A stretch of 63,703 bases of DNA, the filler included, from Olpidium bornovanus S191 (lineage: Eukaryota; Fungi; Olpidiomycota): NCBI GenBank assembly GCA_017911155.1. It is 27 parts of 27 records of this genome, joined end to end, with 100 filler letters (N's around TTAATTAATTAA, not from the genome) between each part and the next. Parts side by side here need not be neighbours in the genome. Positions count along the whole stretch, not along the records: positions 21,943 to 23,436 come from JAEFCI010003452.1; positions 23,537 to 24,919 come from JAEFCI010008877.1; positions 25,020 to 26,577 come from JAEFCI010001957.1; positions 26,678 to 29,415 come from JAEFCI010007213.1; positions 29,516 to 33,332 come from JAEFCI010012991.1; positions 33,433 to 36,552 come from JAEFCI010000394.1; 21 more parts are not named here. One strand, given 5' to 3'. The notes below the pieces were generated by a model. It saw only the letters and a list, made by a program, of their open reading frames with translations, was not told where the DNA came from and did not search any database. The position numbers were made by a program, and so were the translations under genes. Position 1 is the stretch's first letter. Every line of letters starts with the position of its first letter. This document shows positions 21,843 to 35,209 of the stretch, piece by piece.

Positions 21843-24081
21843 NNNNNNNNNNNNNNNNNNNNNNNNNNNNNNNNNNNNNNNNNNNNTTAATTAATTAANN
21901 NNNNNNNNNNNNNNNNNNNNNNNNNNNNNNNNNNNNNNNNNNATGTGGAAAGATACGCCGCTGTTAAGCAGCCAATTTTCCGTGTGAACGGCGTCATTCA
22001 CCAAGAGGACCCCCTCCCCCGTCTCCAGCTCCAATTTGTTGTCAATTCATATTTGGCCACATGAGCCTCACCTTTCTCAGCTTTCTGGGCTTTGCCGGAT
22101 CTTTATTTTTTTTCGTTTGTCGGCCGCCGTTCGCCTCCCTCCCTTGATTGTCAGATTCGTCAGCACCGGATGGCTTTTTCATTGCGCGGCGAAATGACCC
22201 TCCTCGGGCAGTTATGGCAGCGCATGGAGGACGTTATTTTGTCACGGCGACCAAATTTGCCGGTGTCATTCTTCTTAGACTCTAGGATGATCAGGGCTCC
22301 AGTATATTGCTCAGCTCACACCCGGCGCGTCTAAGATTGGCCTCTCGAAAGACTGCCACTATCTCACTGGATGAAGGGTTTGACTATGGAGCGTTTAAGC
22401 CGTATGGGGCGGGGATGAGCCGTTTTGCATTATTCGTATACATATCTACACGACTCCTCGTTGCAAATAGGCCCGGAGTGTCGCGCCGGCATCACCCCCG
22501 ATTCGCAGTTTGTCGCTACTGCTCTTAGGAATTTTGTGTCGACCACCAACATTATGGTACCGGACCCAGGCACACGCATGGTCCGGCCGAGGTCGGGGTT
22601 CAAAGCCAGCTTATGGTTGGTCAAGTTCGTAACCAGTGCGGGGGAATAGTCGAGGGCCAGCCGCGGTCTTCCTTGCGTCGCGCGGCTCGCTGAGCATCCA
22701 GAGCAATTCGCCGCCAGGAAAAGCGTCGTCCGGTTCGTTTTCCGTCGAGTAGCAGAGCAGCACAATATTTGCGTGCAGCTGCCAGAAGTGCAACTGAAAA
22801 AACCCCTCTCTGGCATGGCAAAATTGCTGCCCAAACAGCGATGGATTTCCACTGCGCGTCCCAGATAATGGTAGTAATGTCGGCTAGCATGCGGACAGAT
22901 TGCAGGAAGGGCGACGGTGCCGCACCTGCCGTTGGGAGGACAACCGGCAGAAAAGACGGGACGGATGATGGAAAGTGTTTTCGTATGACACGACTCGGGA
23001 AAACTGTTATGCCCGCTAACACCTATGAGGGGAAGGGGGGGGGGATTCGGATGCATAATCGAACACTTGCACAGCGCGGTTTTAGCTCATGGTGTAGTGC
23101 GATCAATCATCTTTTTGAATTGTTAACCGGATGCGATGTCGTTTGATTGGGCGGACTTCATCGACGCGTTCTTTTGGTGCGGCCGTGCGGGTCGCCCCGA
23201 GTTCCAAGGATGGGGCGCCCGCGTACCGCGCCCACGTGGGGGCTAAAGACTGAAATGCTGGGTGAGCCCGTTAGGGTAAAACCCAGTGTCTGGCGTGAAA
23301 ACGTCTGTCCATCCGTCATCGAGCTCAGCCAATCAGAACGTTCCGCCCTCCCCCCCGCCCCCCGCTTCCGGGTGCTGGGTGAGGGCTCCCGCCGCCCCGG
23401 GTTCCGAAATCGATGCAAAAAGTGCGAAAAAGCAGCNNNNNNNNNNNNNNNNNNNNNNNNNNNNNNNNNNNNNNNNNNNNTTAATTAATTAANNNNNNNN
23501 NNNNNNNNNNNNNNNNNNNNNNNNNNNNNNNNNNNNCATGAACATATCATCGGGGCCGTACCACCGCCTCCTAGTATCGAAAGGGTCCGCCGTGTTGCTT
23601 TGGCGCCCAGATGCCGAGGCTTCGTTGCCGGACAAGGCCAGGACCGAAACATCTTTGCGGCAGCTGCCCAACCCCGGGAAAGCGAGGGGCAGTTGCTGGA
23701 GCAGGCACCCAAGGCTGTCTGCTGAGCTGCGTGCCAAAAGTTTGGAGCGGAGAACTGCTCTACAAAAAAAAAAAAAAAAAGCCGGCGAGGCAGGTTGCCT
23801 GCTGTCCGGTTTCCGATCCGGAAGTTGACCGTCGTTGGCAGCCCGAGTGGCGGAACTGCTCGCCACGACCTGTTGCAGACACCAGAGACCAGAGATCTAG
23901 GTCGAGAAAGGGGAAAAGAGGCCTCTTCCGAGAGAATTTGCGCGAAAGGCGAGAAGCAAGGCAGAGAAATGCACAAAGTGTCATAAACAAAATCTATTTG
24001 CTACGGGCAAACAATTTAAAACGTGAGTTGCGTGTTCTTTCAGACAACCGGGAATCCAATCGGACGTCCACAAAACCAGGT

Positions 24082-24919
24082 CTAGATCGCCTTCTTCCCG
24101 GGGTCCTCTTTAAGGTCTATGGTCTGGTTGACTACAAAAGTCGTGGCAACCCTGTTTGCCTTCCCTTCGCCGGTCTCGGCCCACACAGTGTCCTTGTCGA
24201 CGCAAAAGTAGCCGACCCGGACAAATTGGAAGTGGTAGGCCTCGGGGTCCGCCCGGTGCTCCTGGTGGTCGCGTATCCACGTCGCCAGGCCAACTTCCGC
24301 GATAGCGGTTTGGATGATGACGAGGCTGTGAGGGTTGACGTCCGACAAAAAGCCTCCGGGCACGGCCGTCTTGTCCTGCGGGTTGGCGTGCATGAACAGC
24401 GGGTTGTACAGCCGCACCTCGTCAATGCGGACCGGCGAGCCGAGCGACGGGGCGTCGGCTACCCACTGTATGTACGTCTTCGGTTTCTGATGGTCGCCCG
24501 AATTCTCGTAGCGGCACACCAGGCGGGCCACCTTCCCGGACGAGTCCTTCTCGATGCGGAGCAGGGTGATCGGGTGCGGCACGCTGAGCAGGCCGACCGA
24601 CTTTCCAGGGGCGAGGCGGAAGTAGTTTTGGTCGTCGGATGTCTCGCGGAAGTCGGAGGCGTCGATGTATAACCGCGACGTGAACGGGACGCGATGGCTG
24701 CCCGCGGCCGGGTCGCGCGGCTTGTTGGGGAGCTCAACAGTTTCCAGGTGGTCCGCGGGGAGGTTCTCCAGCACAACCAGCACGGGGTCCATGACGGCCA
24801 TGATCCGGGGCGCCCTTTCGTTCAGAACGTCACGAACGTGGTTGTCCAACCGTGCCACGTCGGTGATGGTTGTCGCCGTGGTGACGCCCACCTCGCGCAC
24901 GAAGTTGTTGATCGCCTCA
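24082..24919 (-). CDS. GLN4: Glutaminyl-tRNA synthetase, C-terminal anticodon-binding domains (5'-truncated)
   Basis: EAINNFVREVGVT, APRIMAVMDP, HRVPFTSRLYIDASDFRE, YFRLAPGKSVGL, KPKTYIQWV, EVRLYNPLF and FQFVRVGYFCVDKD. Confidence 0.96.
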
Positions 24920-25019
24920 NNNNNNNNNNNNNNNNNNNNNNNNNNNNNNNNNNNNNNNNNNNNTTAATTAATTAANNNNNNNNNNNNNNNNNNNNNNNNN
25001 NNNNNNNNNNNNNNNNNNN

Positions 25020-25612
25020 AGCAAGCGCCTGCGTTGATTGGATGGCGTGTAATGCGAGAAGCAGCATTAAATCCGTTCGAAATCTGATCTGCGTTGAAAT
25101 TCCAGGTTGTCCAAGACGCTCACGCCAAGTGGTGATCATGTTCGGAACAACCGTCATCGAAGTCAAGTGAGATTCCATCTGCGCCGCTGGGGTCGCGTAA
25201 ATGAGATAGAGACCATTTCCCAATGTGTTCAATTCCAACAATCTTTTTATTTTTTGTTCAACTATCTGCAGTATCTCTTTTCCGTTGGCCAAGGCCGAGG
25301 AAATGTGATAGCCATTGGCTCCAAGATCTCGGAGAGAGAGCAGGTTGCGGACGCCGTCAGGTGCTTGAATTGCAGTCAAGATCCGGAGGGTAGTTCCATT
25401 GGGTAAGATAATCACTGCTGCTCCCAGCCTAGAGCGGAATGCAGATGTACAGACAAAGTGGTCAGCTCCTGGGATACCCAATGAAGCATGGTATGCGAAT
25501 TGAAGAACGCTTCATCCTTAAGAGTGCTATGCGTTGTTTCACAATCAATCAGGACAGGAATTTTTCCGGCCTTGGTAGTCATAGACTTACCAAAGGTCTT
25601 GTCAGAGCTCAG
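25020..25612 (-). mobile_element. Ty1/copia protease to GAG-pre-integrase region, degenerate
   Basis: VLIDCETTHSTLKDEAFF (protease D-S/T-G/A motif), GAAVIILPNGT, RNLLSLRDLGANGYHI, GLY and WRERLGQPG (= WH.RLGHP). Frameshifted. Confidence 0.85.
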
Positions 25613-26829
25613 TGACGGCGGAGAGGCGATGTGGCGACGAGCTCGGCGAAAGGGCGATGGTGCGCACGGCGGACGAACGACGGCAAGTGGCGGCCGAACG
25701 ACGGCGAGTGGGCAAACGGCGAGCTCGGCGACGGCGACGGCGACGGGGCGAGCTCGCAGGGATGGCGAGCGGCGAAGGCGCGAGCTCGACGGAGAAGGTG
25801 AAGATGACGATTGCGCCAGGAGGAGCGCAGTGGGTTTCGGAAGACGGCGCGCGGCAACCGAAAGCGGCGTGCAGGCGCTTCTCGAAGGAGAGCCGCGACG
25901 GCGGAAGCGCGCGGCGGCGGGGTCTCGAGTTCTCGGCGCGAAGCGAAGCAAGCGGTGAGCGCAGGCGAGCAGAAGTGGCGGCAAGCGCAGAGAAAAGCGG
26001 CGAAGGCAGCAGCCGAAGGAAAACGCAGCGAGAGTTGCTGGATTGTTTTCGCGGGAAAAACGCAGCGGCGAGCTTGGTGCTCGGGCAGCGGCAACGGGCG
26101 GCGCTAAGCGAAGCAAAGACGCCGGCTGTGCGCGGTAGAGGCGCGACGGCAAGAGAGCTTTGGTGCTGGGGCGGCGGCGAGCGCTTCTCCGTTGAGAGCG
26201 CAAAGCTACGGGCGCCGGGCAAAGGTGCGGGCGCCGGCAATGGTGCGGGGGCCGGCAATGGTGCGGGCGCCGTGAGAGCCTTTGGTGCTGATAACGTGTT
26301 GCGGTTTTATTGTGTTTTGTTTATTTTTGGTTCGGGTCTGCGTTTCTCTTCGATGTATCGCAACAATTTTGAACGCCTCAAAAGCCCCGAAGGCATTTTG
26401 CCTGTCAACAGAGGAAGAGGCGATCCCTCGAGGATGAGGCCCCGGTCCATTAAGCTCATGATCACGATGCGGGTTATTTCGCCGATGTACTGCTTGTCGC
26501 GAAGAAAGCGTTGGCCGTAACATTCAAACCGGCAACAAATAACGAACTTCTCCCTATCCCGAAACTTAATCTTACCTNNNNNNNNNNNNNNNNNNNNNNN
26601 NNNNNNNNNNNNNNNNNNNNNTTAATTAATTAANNNNNNNNNNNNNNNNNNNNNNNNNNNNNNNNNNNNNNNNNNNNGTTAGACGACCATATTGGCGGAG
26701 ACTAGGAATTTGCGGGGGGGAAGAAAAGAAATAACACCGTTACTTCGTTTTCTGATTTTTTTTTTATTTATCCGCTAATGTTCATCTCAACCACATGTAG
26801 CCGACCGAGAAACGGCTGTACCTCGTTCG

Positions 26830-29130
26830 GCAGCGGTTCCACAAAGATAAACGCGTCCTTCATCACGCCCCGCACGGCCCTTGCGAAGCGGTTAACAAAC
26901 GGCAGATAGAAGTCCTGCTCGAACACGTAGGGCTCCCCAGTGGCCGGATCACGGTAGAAGTAATCCGGTTTCAAGACGACGGGACGCCCCTGGGCGTCCA
27001 GGTCCCACACGCCATGTGCGCGCCAAACGCACCTGGAGGTCTGGGAGTCCGTGTATGTCGGGTTGGGCAGCCACGCAAAATGCCTCTCCGAGTTCATGGT
27101 CCGCATGCGCGCTTTACGCGAGGGAAACGGCCACGATTTGACCCGCACTTCCACCTCCTGCGGGATTGCGTCGCCCAGCGCGAAGGACTGAAGAGCCGAA
27201 GGCGAGTCGCCCAGCGCCAAGTTCTTCAACAGGTCAAATTGCATCATGCTCGGAAGACCAATGTAGCCCTGGCTGTTGCACCCCTCCCCCCAACCCCCAA
27301 AAACAAATAGATCAAAGAACATTTAGGAGCATGGTGATTTTCGTGGGCTTAAGCACGCGCAGTCACCTTCGCAACCGCAAAATTGACGTTGGGACATACT
27401 GGGGCTCGTTCATAACTTCAAACCCAACAACTACATCTAGCTTCTCCTGGACTATCCGCCTCGCGAGGTGGCAATAGCAGTCCACATAGTGGCGCTGTAG
27501 GAATTCTTGTGCAGACTCTCCCAAGTATTTGAGTTTTGGCGCAAACGTGGATCCCGCCCAGAACACTGTGAACATCGTGGCACTGGCCAGTTTCTGCAGT
27601 GGAGAAGGCATCAGCTCTTACGCAACCTTTTGTTACGGGGCCCAAAACTGTTCCGCACATACGGTGTAGTTTGTAGGCCTGCGTCAATGGTTGAAAGAAA
27701 TCAGAATTCGGAGCGCCGCCCGGGACAAAACCTCGTCAGTTAACTTCGGCGACTCCGATCCCTAACCCGGTCCCCCCACAGAAACCTAGTGACAATGGAA
27801 AGACGTCCGTACCATAGGAACAAATTCTCCTCACCAGCGGAAAACTCCAGGTTGTGCACGTAGGCTGCGCCCGTCTCCTTGAAGTGGTGGAGGTCGAGGT
27901 TCGCAACTTCGAAAGTCCACCCCGGCGCACCTGTTCGGCGTGGACGACGTTGTGAGGAAACGCCGCCGGTGAAACAATTAGCAGCGGGACAACGACGACA
28001 GAGGCCGTAGAAAAGACAAAAAAAGCAAAATTTTCGCCTTTGTAGTTCGCAGGGGCGCACGTGCACAGACACCAGTTTTAGATGCTCACCGCTGCCCCCG
28101 GAAAACCGCGACCACAGGTCCTGGTGCGGGTCGATGAAACAGCGCAGGCCAAACTCAGACATCTTCTTCAGGATTTCGATCAGGAAGTCTATGTACTCCT
28201 CGTCATATATGCCACTTTTCCCCACCACGGCAATGTTTCGCGGCGAGGCGTCAGCGTGCGGCAGCGACAGGACGCACCGCACCAGGCGCCCGGAAGCTTG
28301 GGGTAGAACGCCTACTCACGGGCCCTTGGCTTCCAGCGCCTCCCACGGGACCAGTAAGCGCACTGACCGCGAGCGAGGTGTATTGTCAGCGCACGTTCAC
28401 GACGTTTGGTCTGGCCGTTCTGTGACGTCGGTTCACTCGCTTCGTTCTTCGAAGTGCAGCGTACCAATACGTCCGTACCGCCCCCCGAGACCCGCGGCCC
28501 ATCCCTCCGCGTCCCATGCCTCTTCCCCTTTCTTCTTCCGTCTTGTGACCCACCAAAGGTAAGTCCCCACGTCCGCAGCCGCCCGAGGTGCTCGTCGATC
28601 TCGTCAAGCGGGAAAGGCCTCCCGACGAACGACACATCCCGGTGGTGGAAAAACCGGTCGGCGATGTGAGACGAGAGGTTGTTCGGACGGGTGGGGAGTT
28701 TCGAGTTTCCCCCGAGGTTGACGCCGCGGAGGAGCAGGGTGCGGCCGTAGCGGTCTTTGAACCCGCGGCCGCAGATGTGAATGCCGGAGTACCAGTCGTG
28801 CGCGGCGGCCGGTTTTCCTCTCCGCCCGCGCCACCGCGGTCCCCCGAGCCGGTCGGCCCCCTCCGGCTGCCCGCTTGCATCCGCAACGCCATTCGGCTTC
28901 GCGCGGCGGTGCGGCGACCCGGGCGAAAGCGGAGGCGAAACGTTTTCGTCGCCGGCGGGCGCCGCGGGGCCCGCCTCGCGCGGGGAAAGCGGCGGCGGCG
29001 GCGGCGGCGGCGGCGGCAAGCCCGACTGTTTTGCCGGCGCCCGGTCCAGACGCAGCGGCGACGAGACCAGCAAGCCGGCTTTTCGGGCTTTCGCGCTTTG
29101 GCCGGACGTCTCGGCAACTCCCACCTGCAT
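26830..29130 (-). CDS. GH5 endoglycoceramidase-related protein (EGCrP/Egh1-like glucosylceramidase or sterylglucosidase), 3'-truncated
   Basis: [93 protein letters not shown] and GFEVMNEP (acid/base Glu). Confidence 0.93.
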
Positions 29131-29515
29131 GTCAGGTCGAGCCGAAAACGGGCTTTTTTTTTTTTTTTTTTTTTTTTTTTGCCTTTCGCCGTTCGCCTTT
29201 CTTCTCGGGCCCTCCCCCCCTTTGCCGCGCTGCTTCCTGCCCACACGCAGAAGAGCTGGCGGAGAGGGACCACAAATAAAGAAAAAAAAAAAAGGAAAAA
29301 AAAAAAAAAAACGGGGTCGGGCGCGCAAGGCGGCGGCAAACGCCCAAACAGCAGACGCGCGGAGAGGCGACGGCGTTCGTCTCCGCTTTCCTCTGCTTTT
29401 TTTATTTTTTTTTCANNNNNNNNNNNNNNNNNNNNNNNNNNNNNNNNNNNNNNNNNNNNTTAATTAATTAANNNNNNNNNNNNNNNNNNNNNNNNNNNNN
29501 NNNNNNNNNNNNNNN

Positions 29516-32422
29516 CATGTACTGTACGATGTAGGAGCGCTGCCCCTCATACGGCGTGATGATGCCGACCTGAGACGGCTGCACGCCAGCCTTGAGAAGA
29601 CGAGTGACGACCTTCTCGCAGTCTTACATAAAGAAAAAGAAAAAAAAACTGTCGTCAGCCGAACTGGCGCCGCGCAAAAAAAAAAATCAGTAACCGGTTT
29701 GAAAGACAGCTTACTCGTCGCCTCAGCTCGGTTAAGGTAGGATGTTCCCGACGACGAAATCTCCTCCTGACCGAGGTTGGAATGGAACATCATGGGCGTC
29801 TCCGGCATGGGCCAGGGGAAGTCAATATGTTTTCGGATGCGCTCGTGCGTGGTCACGCCGTTCTGCAAAGTGCCCTCGTAGAACATGTTGGAGGGGAACG
29901 TGGAAAGGCACGGGTGCATGCGGTACTGAACTTCCAGCCGAATGGGACGGATGCCCAAGATGACGAGGCGCTCGAACAGGCTCTGCGACAGACCGGCGCG
30001 CGCGGCCTTTTTGTTCATGATGACGGGGCCGAGCTGCTGGTGGTCACCGATGAGCACGCACTGCTTCGCCCCGAGCACCAGAGGGATCATGCACTCGGGT
30101 TCCGCGGCCTGCGTGGCCTCATCCACGAGCACGGTTCGGAACTGAAACTTGCTCAGCCGGCTGTCCCCGGCGCCCACGCACGTGCAGGTGATCACGTCCG
30201 CGTGCGCGAGAATCTCCTGCTCGCACGCACGTTTCAGGGACTTGTACCTGGTTTCGTCGGCGGAGCTCAGCTCCCCTTGCTCGGCCTTCAGCCGGATGAG
30301 CTTCTGCAGGTCAGGGTGGGTGTCGTTGTTCTCCACCTGCTCGTGCAGAGTCAAAAAGCCAATCGGCGAATCCAGCGCTTCTCGCGACTTTGCGGTAATC
30401 CGCACGACCTTGAGCCCCGTCTTATGGATCTTTTCCGTGAGCTGATCTACGGCAACGTTCGACGGCGCGCACACCAGCACCTGGCCCATGTTCGCCTTCG
30501 CCAGGTGGTACACAACCGACGCGGACGTCACCGTCTTCCCCGTCCCGGGCGGGCCCTGAATCAACGAAAGAGGCCGCTGCAACACCGATTTGACCGCGTA
30601 CACCTGGGAATGGTTCAGCTCCGGCAAGCCAGGCGCCGAGAACCGCTTTGGCATCGGCGTACGGAAGATTTGCGGCTCCACATCATGGCCGAGCAGCCGG
30701 TGGTAAATGTAACCGCTGACGGACGTCTCATCCACCGCAAATGTTCTCATTGCGTTCTGCATGCGGTCAAACGAGGTTGGCTTCCAAACGAAGTCCACGG
30801 AGAAATTCACCGTGCACTCGGTCGGCGCGTCAAAGCGACGCAGTTCTAGTCCGACTTCGTCGCTCACGCCTGGCGGGCAAACAAGGCAGAAAAAGTGAGG
30901 AAACGTCGGGTGGAGGTAGGCGGATCCGTGACAGCGTGCAAGGCAAGAAACTCGAAAACTGCCGGGTAACGTACTGTTCGGAACCTTGATGACGTGGCCG
31001 TCGCAATCCCAATCACGGTGGAGTTCACCGCGATACTTTAACTTGAGTTCGTCGCCAACAGCAAGCTTTACCTCTCCCAGCTCGAGCCGCGGGAGATTAA
31101 ACCACGCGATCCTCTTCTGGTTGAGACCGACATCCCAGCGGACCATCACGTCCTCCTGCGTCTGCGACTCCTTCAGCTTACGGTCGTAGTCCGCTTCGAG
31201 TTTGACAAGAGGGCCGAAGATGTTCTGGTACTGGTACGCGTCTTCGTACCGCAGCAGGACCGGTTGCGGGGCGTCGTCGACGCCCGGCCTCTCCAGGTCG
31301 TCGAGGGACGCCTCGCTGTTCTCCTTCCAGAGCTCCTCGAGCTTGTTGATCTGGTGGGAGGAAATCTGCCTGGCACGTTGGTTTTCTGTCGCGGTGGGCA
31401 CTTTGACCAGCCAGGGCAGGAAAGAGCGGTCGCTGATGAGAGGCAGCCACTGCGACGTGTCCCAGTTCAGATCCTTGGAAGAAGGCATGCTGGCGCACGG
31501 TTGCCGGCAGAGGAGCACCACGACCGTGTCGGACTTTGCGGGGATGAAGCCGAGCAGGAACACGTTCCTGCACCCGCAGTTATAACACTCCAGTGCCGCG
31601 TCGCCGATGGGGGACTCCGCGTGCAGCACGACCTCCTTGTGCTTCGCGCGCACCAAGTGCGTGACGATGTGCGAACCGGATGTGTTTCCGCGGGAATTGC
31701 AGAACCACTTCTGGCATGTCACGCATTTGGCCACCGTGGAGGGATTGTGAATGCCGCAATACCTTTCCGGTTATGGGAAAACAGTAAAAAAAAAGGAAGA
31801 AGACGAGCGCGGAGCACGTCAGCGCTATGCGCCGCGCACGCTCCCCGCTCGAAATGGGCGGACGCGGTTGGCCGAGGGGGGTGGGGGGGGGGGGGGGGGG
31901 AGGCGCAGAGGGCGGAACTCACTTGCACGCGTGCGCCGGAGCTTCCCTGCCGTGAAAAGAGTGGTCGCCGTCGTTGTCGTCTTCCGTCTCCTCGAACGCC
32001 AGGCGGCCGAACTCGGCGGCGCCCGGGGCGCCGTTCCCGTTGGTGAGGGCGGGCTGACCTCCGAGCGAGAGCGAGGTCGCCACCGACACCGCCAGGTCAT
32101 GGTCCAGCTGGGCGGCTGCGGAGGCGGCGGCGGCGGCGGTCGGGCCAAGCACGCCGTACCTGCCGGCGGCAGCGGCGGCAGAGGGACCCGGGGTGAAGTG
32201 CAGCTGCGAGGAGGAGTGCTGCGAGGCGCCGGTGAACAGGGAGTGGTCGTCGTAGTCGTACTGCGACCCCTGCGAGTCGCCGGTGAAGTCGAGAAAGCTG
32301 AAGTCCGCGGGGTCGTGCTGGGCCGCGGGACCCGCGGCGGCGCCGGCGCCGGCGTGGTAGCGGCCGGCGGCCCGGTCGGCGGGGATGCCGGGAAACGCGC
32401 GTCCTCCTCCGTTGCTCGCCAT
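29516..32422 (-). CDS. UPF1: Upf1/Nam7 nonsense-mediated decay RNA helicase, 3'-truncated
   Basis: CH domain (ACKYCGIHNP...[18 protein letters not shown]; [16 protein letters not shown]), Walker [15 protein letters not shown] motif, GDHQQLGP and LEVQYRMHP. Confidence 0.98.
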
Positions 32423-32519
32423 CGAACCTCGTTTGTGAGCGGGCGGTTTTTTTTTTTGTGCCCCTGCCGTTCCTTCCTCCCCTCCTCTCCGCCTCTGTTG
32501 GATCCGAGGGAAGGGAAAG

Positions 32520-32562
<43 letters not shown>

Positions 32563-33631
32563 AAAAAAAAAGGGGGAGCCGCAGCACCAGGGTGAAAAAG
32601 AGAAACTCCTTCCTCCTTCTTTCCTTGGCGGCGTACTCCAGGGGAAAGGAGACCTGGGCGATACCCCGCATAAAACGGGCCACGTAACCATGGCGGCGCC
32701 GTTCCCGTAGCCACGATACAGAAGAGTCTTCTCTGCTTTACGCCTCGCCCCGCCGTATTTTTTTCCCGGTTCTACAGGTTGCGACAGTTTTGACACGAAC
32801 CTCCCCTTTCCCGAATTTTGCTTTCCAGACCACAACTTCCCCCCGAAGCCAAACGTGAAAAAAAAAAACGAAAAACTCGCCAGATTGACCAGTAGCGTGG
32901 CCCGATTGCAGGCGGGATCCCTCCGCCTCGAGAGCTGCTCGCAGACACCGCGATCCCTTTCCGATCCTGACACGCGCTGCGCGTAGCCCCCCGGGGTGCC
33001 TGCGGTCGCCGCAACGAGGCTGCTGGGCGCGGTGTCCGGCGAACGGGGCGAGGGGAGAGCGGAGAGGGCAGGGGCCTTCGTCTCTTCGCTCCGGAAACGC
33101 AACATTGCAAAGCGGCCGCGACCGGCGTTTCGATTTTTTTTTTTTTTTTTTTTTCCTTCGCAGATTCGGAATGGTTTGCGGCGGAGGCCTCGATGAACCC
33201 GGGAAGCGTGGTAGCACACGCAGAATTTGCATCCGATTTCGAGGAGATATTGCGGGTGTCCCGCTTTTGCCCCGCCGGCACCTCCTTGCCTCCCAGCCCG
33301 GAACAGTACTGGGTTTCAAACTTTTGAACATGNNNNNNNNNNNNNNNNNNNNNNNNNNNNNNNNNNNNNNNNNNNNTTAATTAATTAANNNNNNNNNNNN
33401 NNNNNNNNNNNNNNNNNNNNNNNNNNNNNNNNCAGCGAAAAGAATGTTTCACTTTTCGTTTATAGACACCGCAATCTTCGCGCTCGGGAATGCCGAGATC
33501 CAATTTCGCCGCCGAGTATCCCGCGCAGTCGCATCCCCATTCTGCCCGGCATGAGCATACTCGCCTCCCCAAAATTTTATACTTGAGGTCGAAGCCTCCA
33601 GATAAGTCTGGGCGCGCCCGTTTTTTTGACA

Positions 33632-35209
33632 TCACACTCCGCTAAACCCCATGCGAGCCGTCTCGACCAGTTTGATCCAGATCCGCGCCAGTACGTTGCG
33701 GCCAGCGGGTTTTCGCAATAACACGAGCAGCAGCAGGCCCAGGACGAACACGCCCAGAGCGGTCGACGCCACCTCGCCGCACGCCGCGTTCCGGCACGTG
33801 TGCAGAAACGCCTTCGCGAGTTCCGCCAGGGACCTCGGTCGACTGGGCCGCAACGCCGGGTTTGCGGACTTCCGGCACGTCGACGGCGATTTTCCGTTTG
33901 CCCTGTTCGCCGCCGAGACATTTTCCAAACCCTTCCGGGTCCCCGGTCGCGGTGATCTGCTTCCTCCTGCGGAGCCGGAGTCGGAGCGGGACGCTTGCGG
34001 AAGCTCCGGGAGGAGCAAGTTCGGGTCGGGATCCTCAGCCGCCAGCGGGGCCCTCGCCCTAGCCGCCGATCGGGCTCTCCTCCTCTTTGATCTCCGGCTG
34101 TCGGCTTCCGTCCGTTCCGTGTGCTTCTTCTCCATCTCGTCGAGAACATTTTGGTAAAGCTTTTATTACACTACCAGTTTCAGGAAAACATCTGTCGCCG
34201 CGCTCTCCATTTGCTTTGGGTAAGCACAACAAAAAAAAAAGAAAACTGGCGGCCCGTCTTACCAGCAGCCTGTCCTTTGGCAGCAGGTCGTTATACGCAA
34301 GGAATTGTCTCGCCCCGCTCCAGTCGCCCAGAGGGGGAAGTACGTGGAGGACGTACAGCTCCACGAGGCGTTCGTAATCCCTGCGCGCTGCGGTGTCTTC
34401 GGCGGTCCCGCTCGCGGACGAAGCTCGTATTCGCTCCACCGCAGATTCCGGTAATGACGCGAGCCATAACTCCGCCACTGACCGCGCGGCGGCCGGGACG
34501 CGTTGCTTTAGGCACAGGGCGACGCTTTTTGAGAGAGCGGTGCGATGCGGGGTTGGCGTGGGGAGAGGGTTGGGTTGGGTTGGGGGGGAGGGGGGAATAA
34601 TGGGCCGCCGTAATTAGCGGTGTGGCGTCAACCACGTCGGAAAACCGACCAAGCGCCGGGGTTCCGTCACAGGGAAGAGAAGCACCCCCCGCAGGGCGCC
34701 GCCGGCTGCCCCTCTCTTTCTCGCTCTGTCTTTCTCTCTCTCGTTCGCTCGCTCGCGCTACTCATTTACCACGCCACCACGACGTCTTCGTCCACCTCGC
34801 CGGGTACGCCGTTGTACCCAGCGACGACGCAGGTCCAAACGTCCGCCAGCTCTTCCGCCGCTGCCCTTCTGAGGCCTTCCGCGGCCGCTCCGTCGTCCCG
34901 GCCAACCTCCTCCTCGTCCTCGCCGGCCGCGGCCTCGGAGGCGGCGATCATATCGCGCGTCTTCCGGAACGACGGCGTGTACGACAGCGCCGCGAGGTAG
35001 ACGACCCAGAGCTGCGCGATGTGGTGCCGCGCGGCGGCGTCCGCGGCGCGCAGCCCCGGCGTCGACGACGCCCAGCCGAGCGCTCGCTGGCACGCGGCGG
35101 CGGCCTCCTGCGGCCGCGCGAGGAGCAGGTCCTGCTTGGCGGAGCGGCACGCGTCGCGCAGCGTTCGCGCGGTGGCCTCCGCCGCCAGCTGCAGGGACGC
35201 CGTCGTCAT
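33632..35209 (-). CDS. Pex26-like tail-anchored peroxin (multi-exon)
   Basis: Helical N-terminus; YERLVELYVLHVLPPLGDWSGARQFLAYN; C-terminal TM ALGVFVLGLLLLVLL followed by WIKLVETARMG. This matches my recollection of fungal Pex26 C-termini. Confidence 0.65.

Noticed and set aside
21943-23436. Cys/His-rich ORFs in this contig
   Set aside because: There is no consistent metal-binding spacing, splice pattern or family motif that I can support.
26224-26272. 18-bp GGTGCGGGCGCCGGCAAT repeats (GAGAGN) as a silk or collagen-like gene
   Set aside because: There are only about three units, inside a GC-rich low-complexity region next to a copia relic; more likely part of the element's gag or leader.
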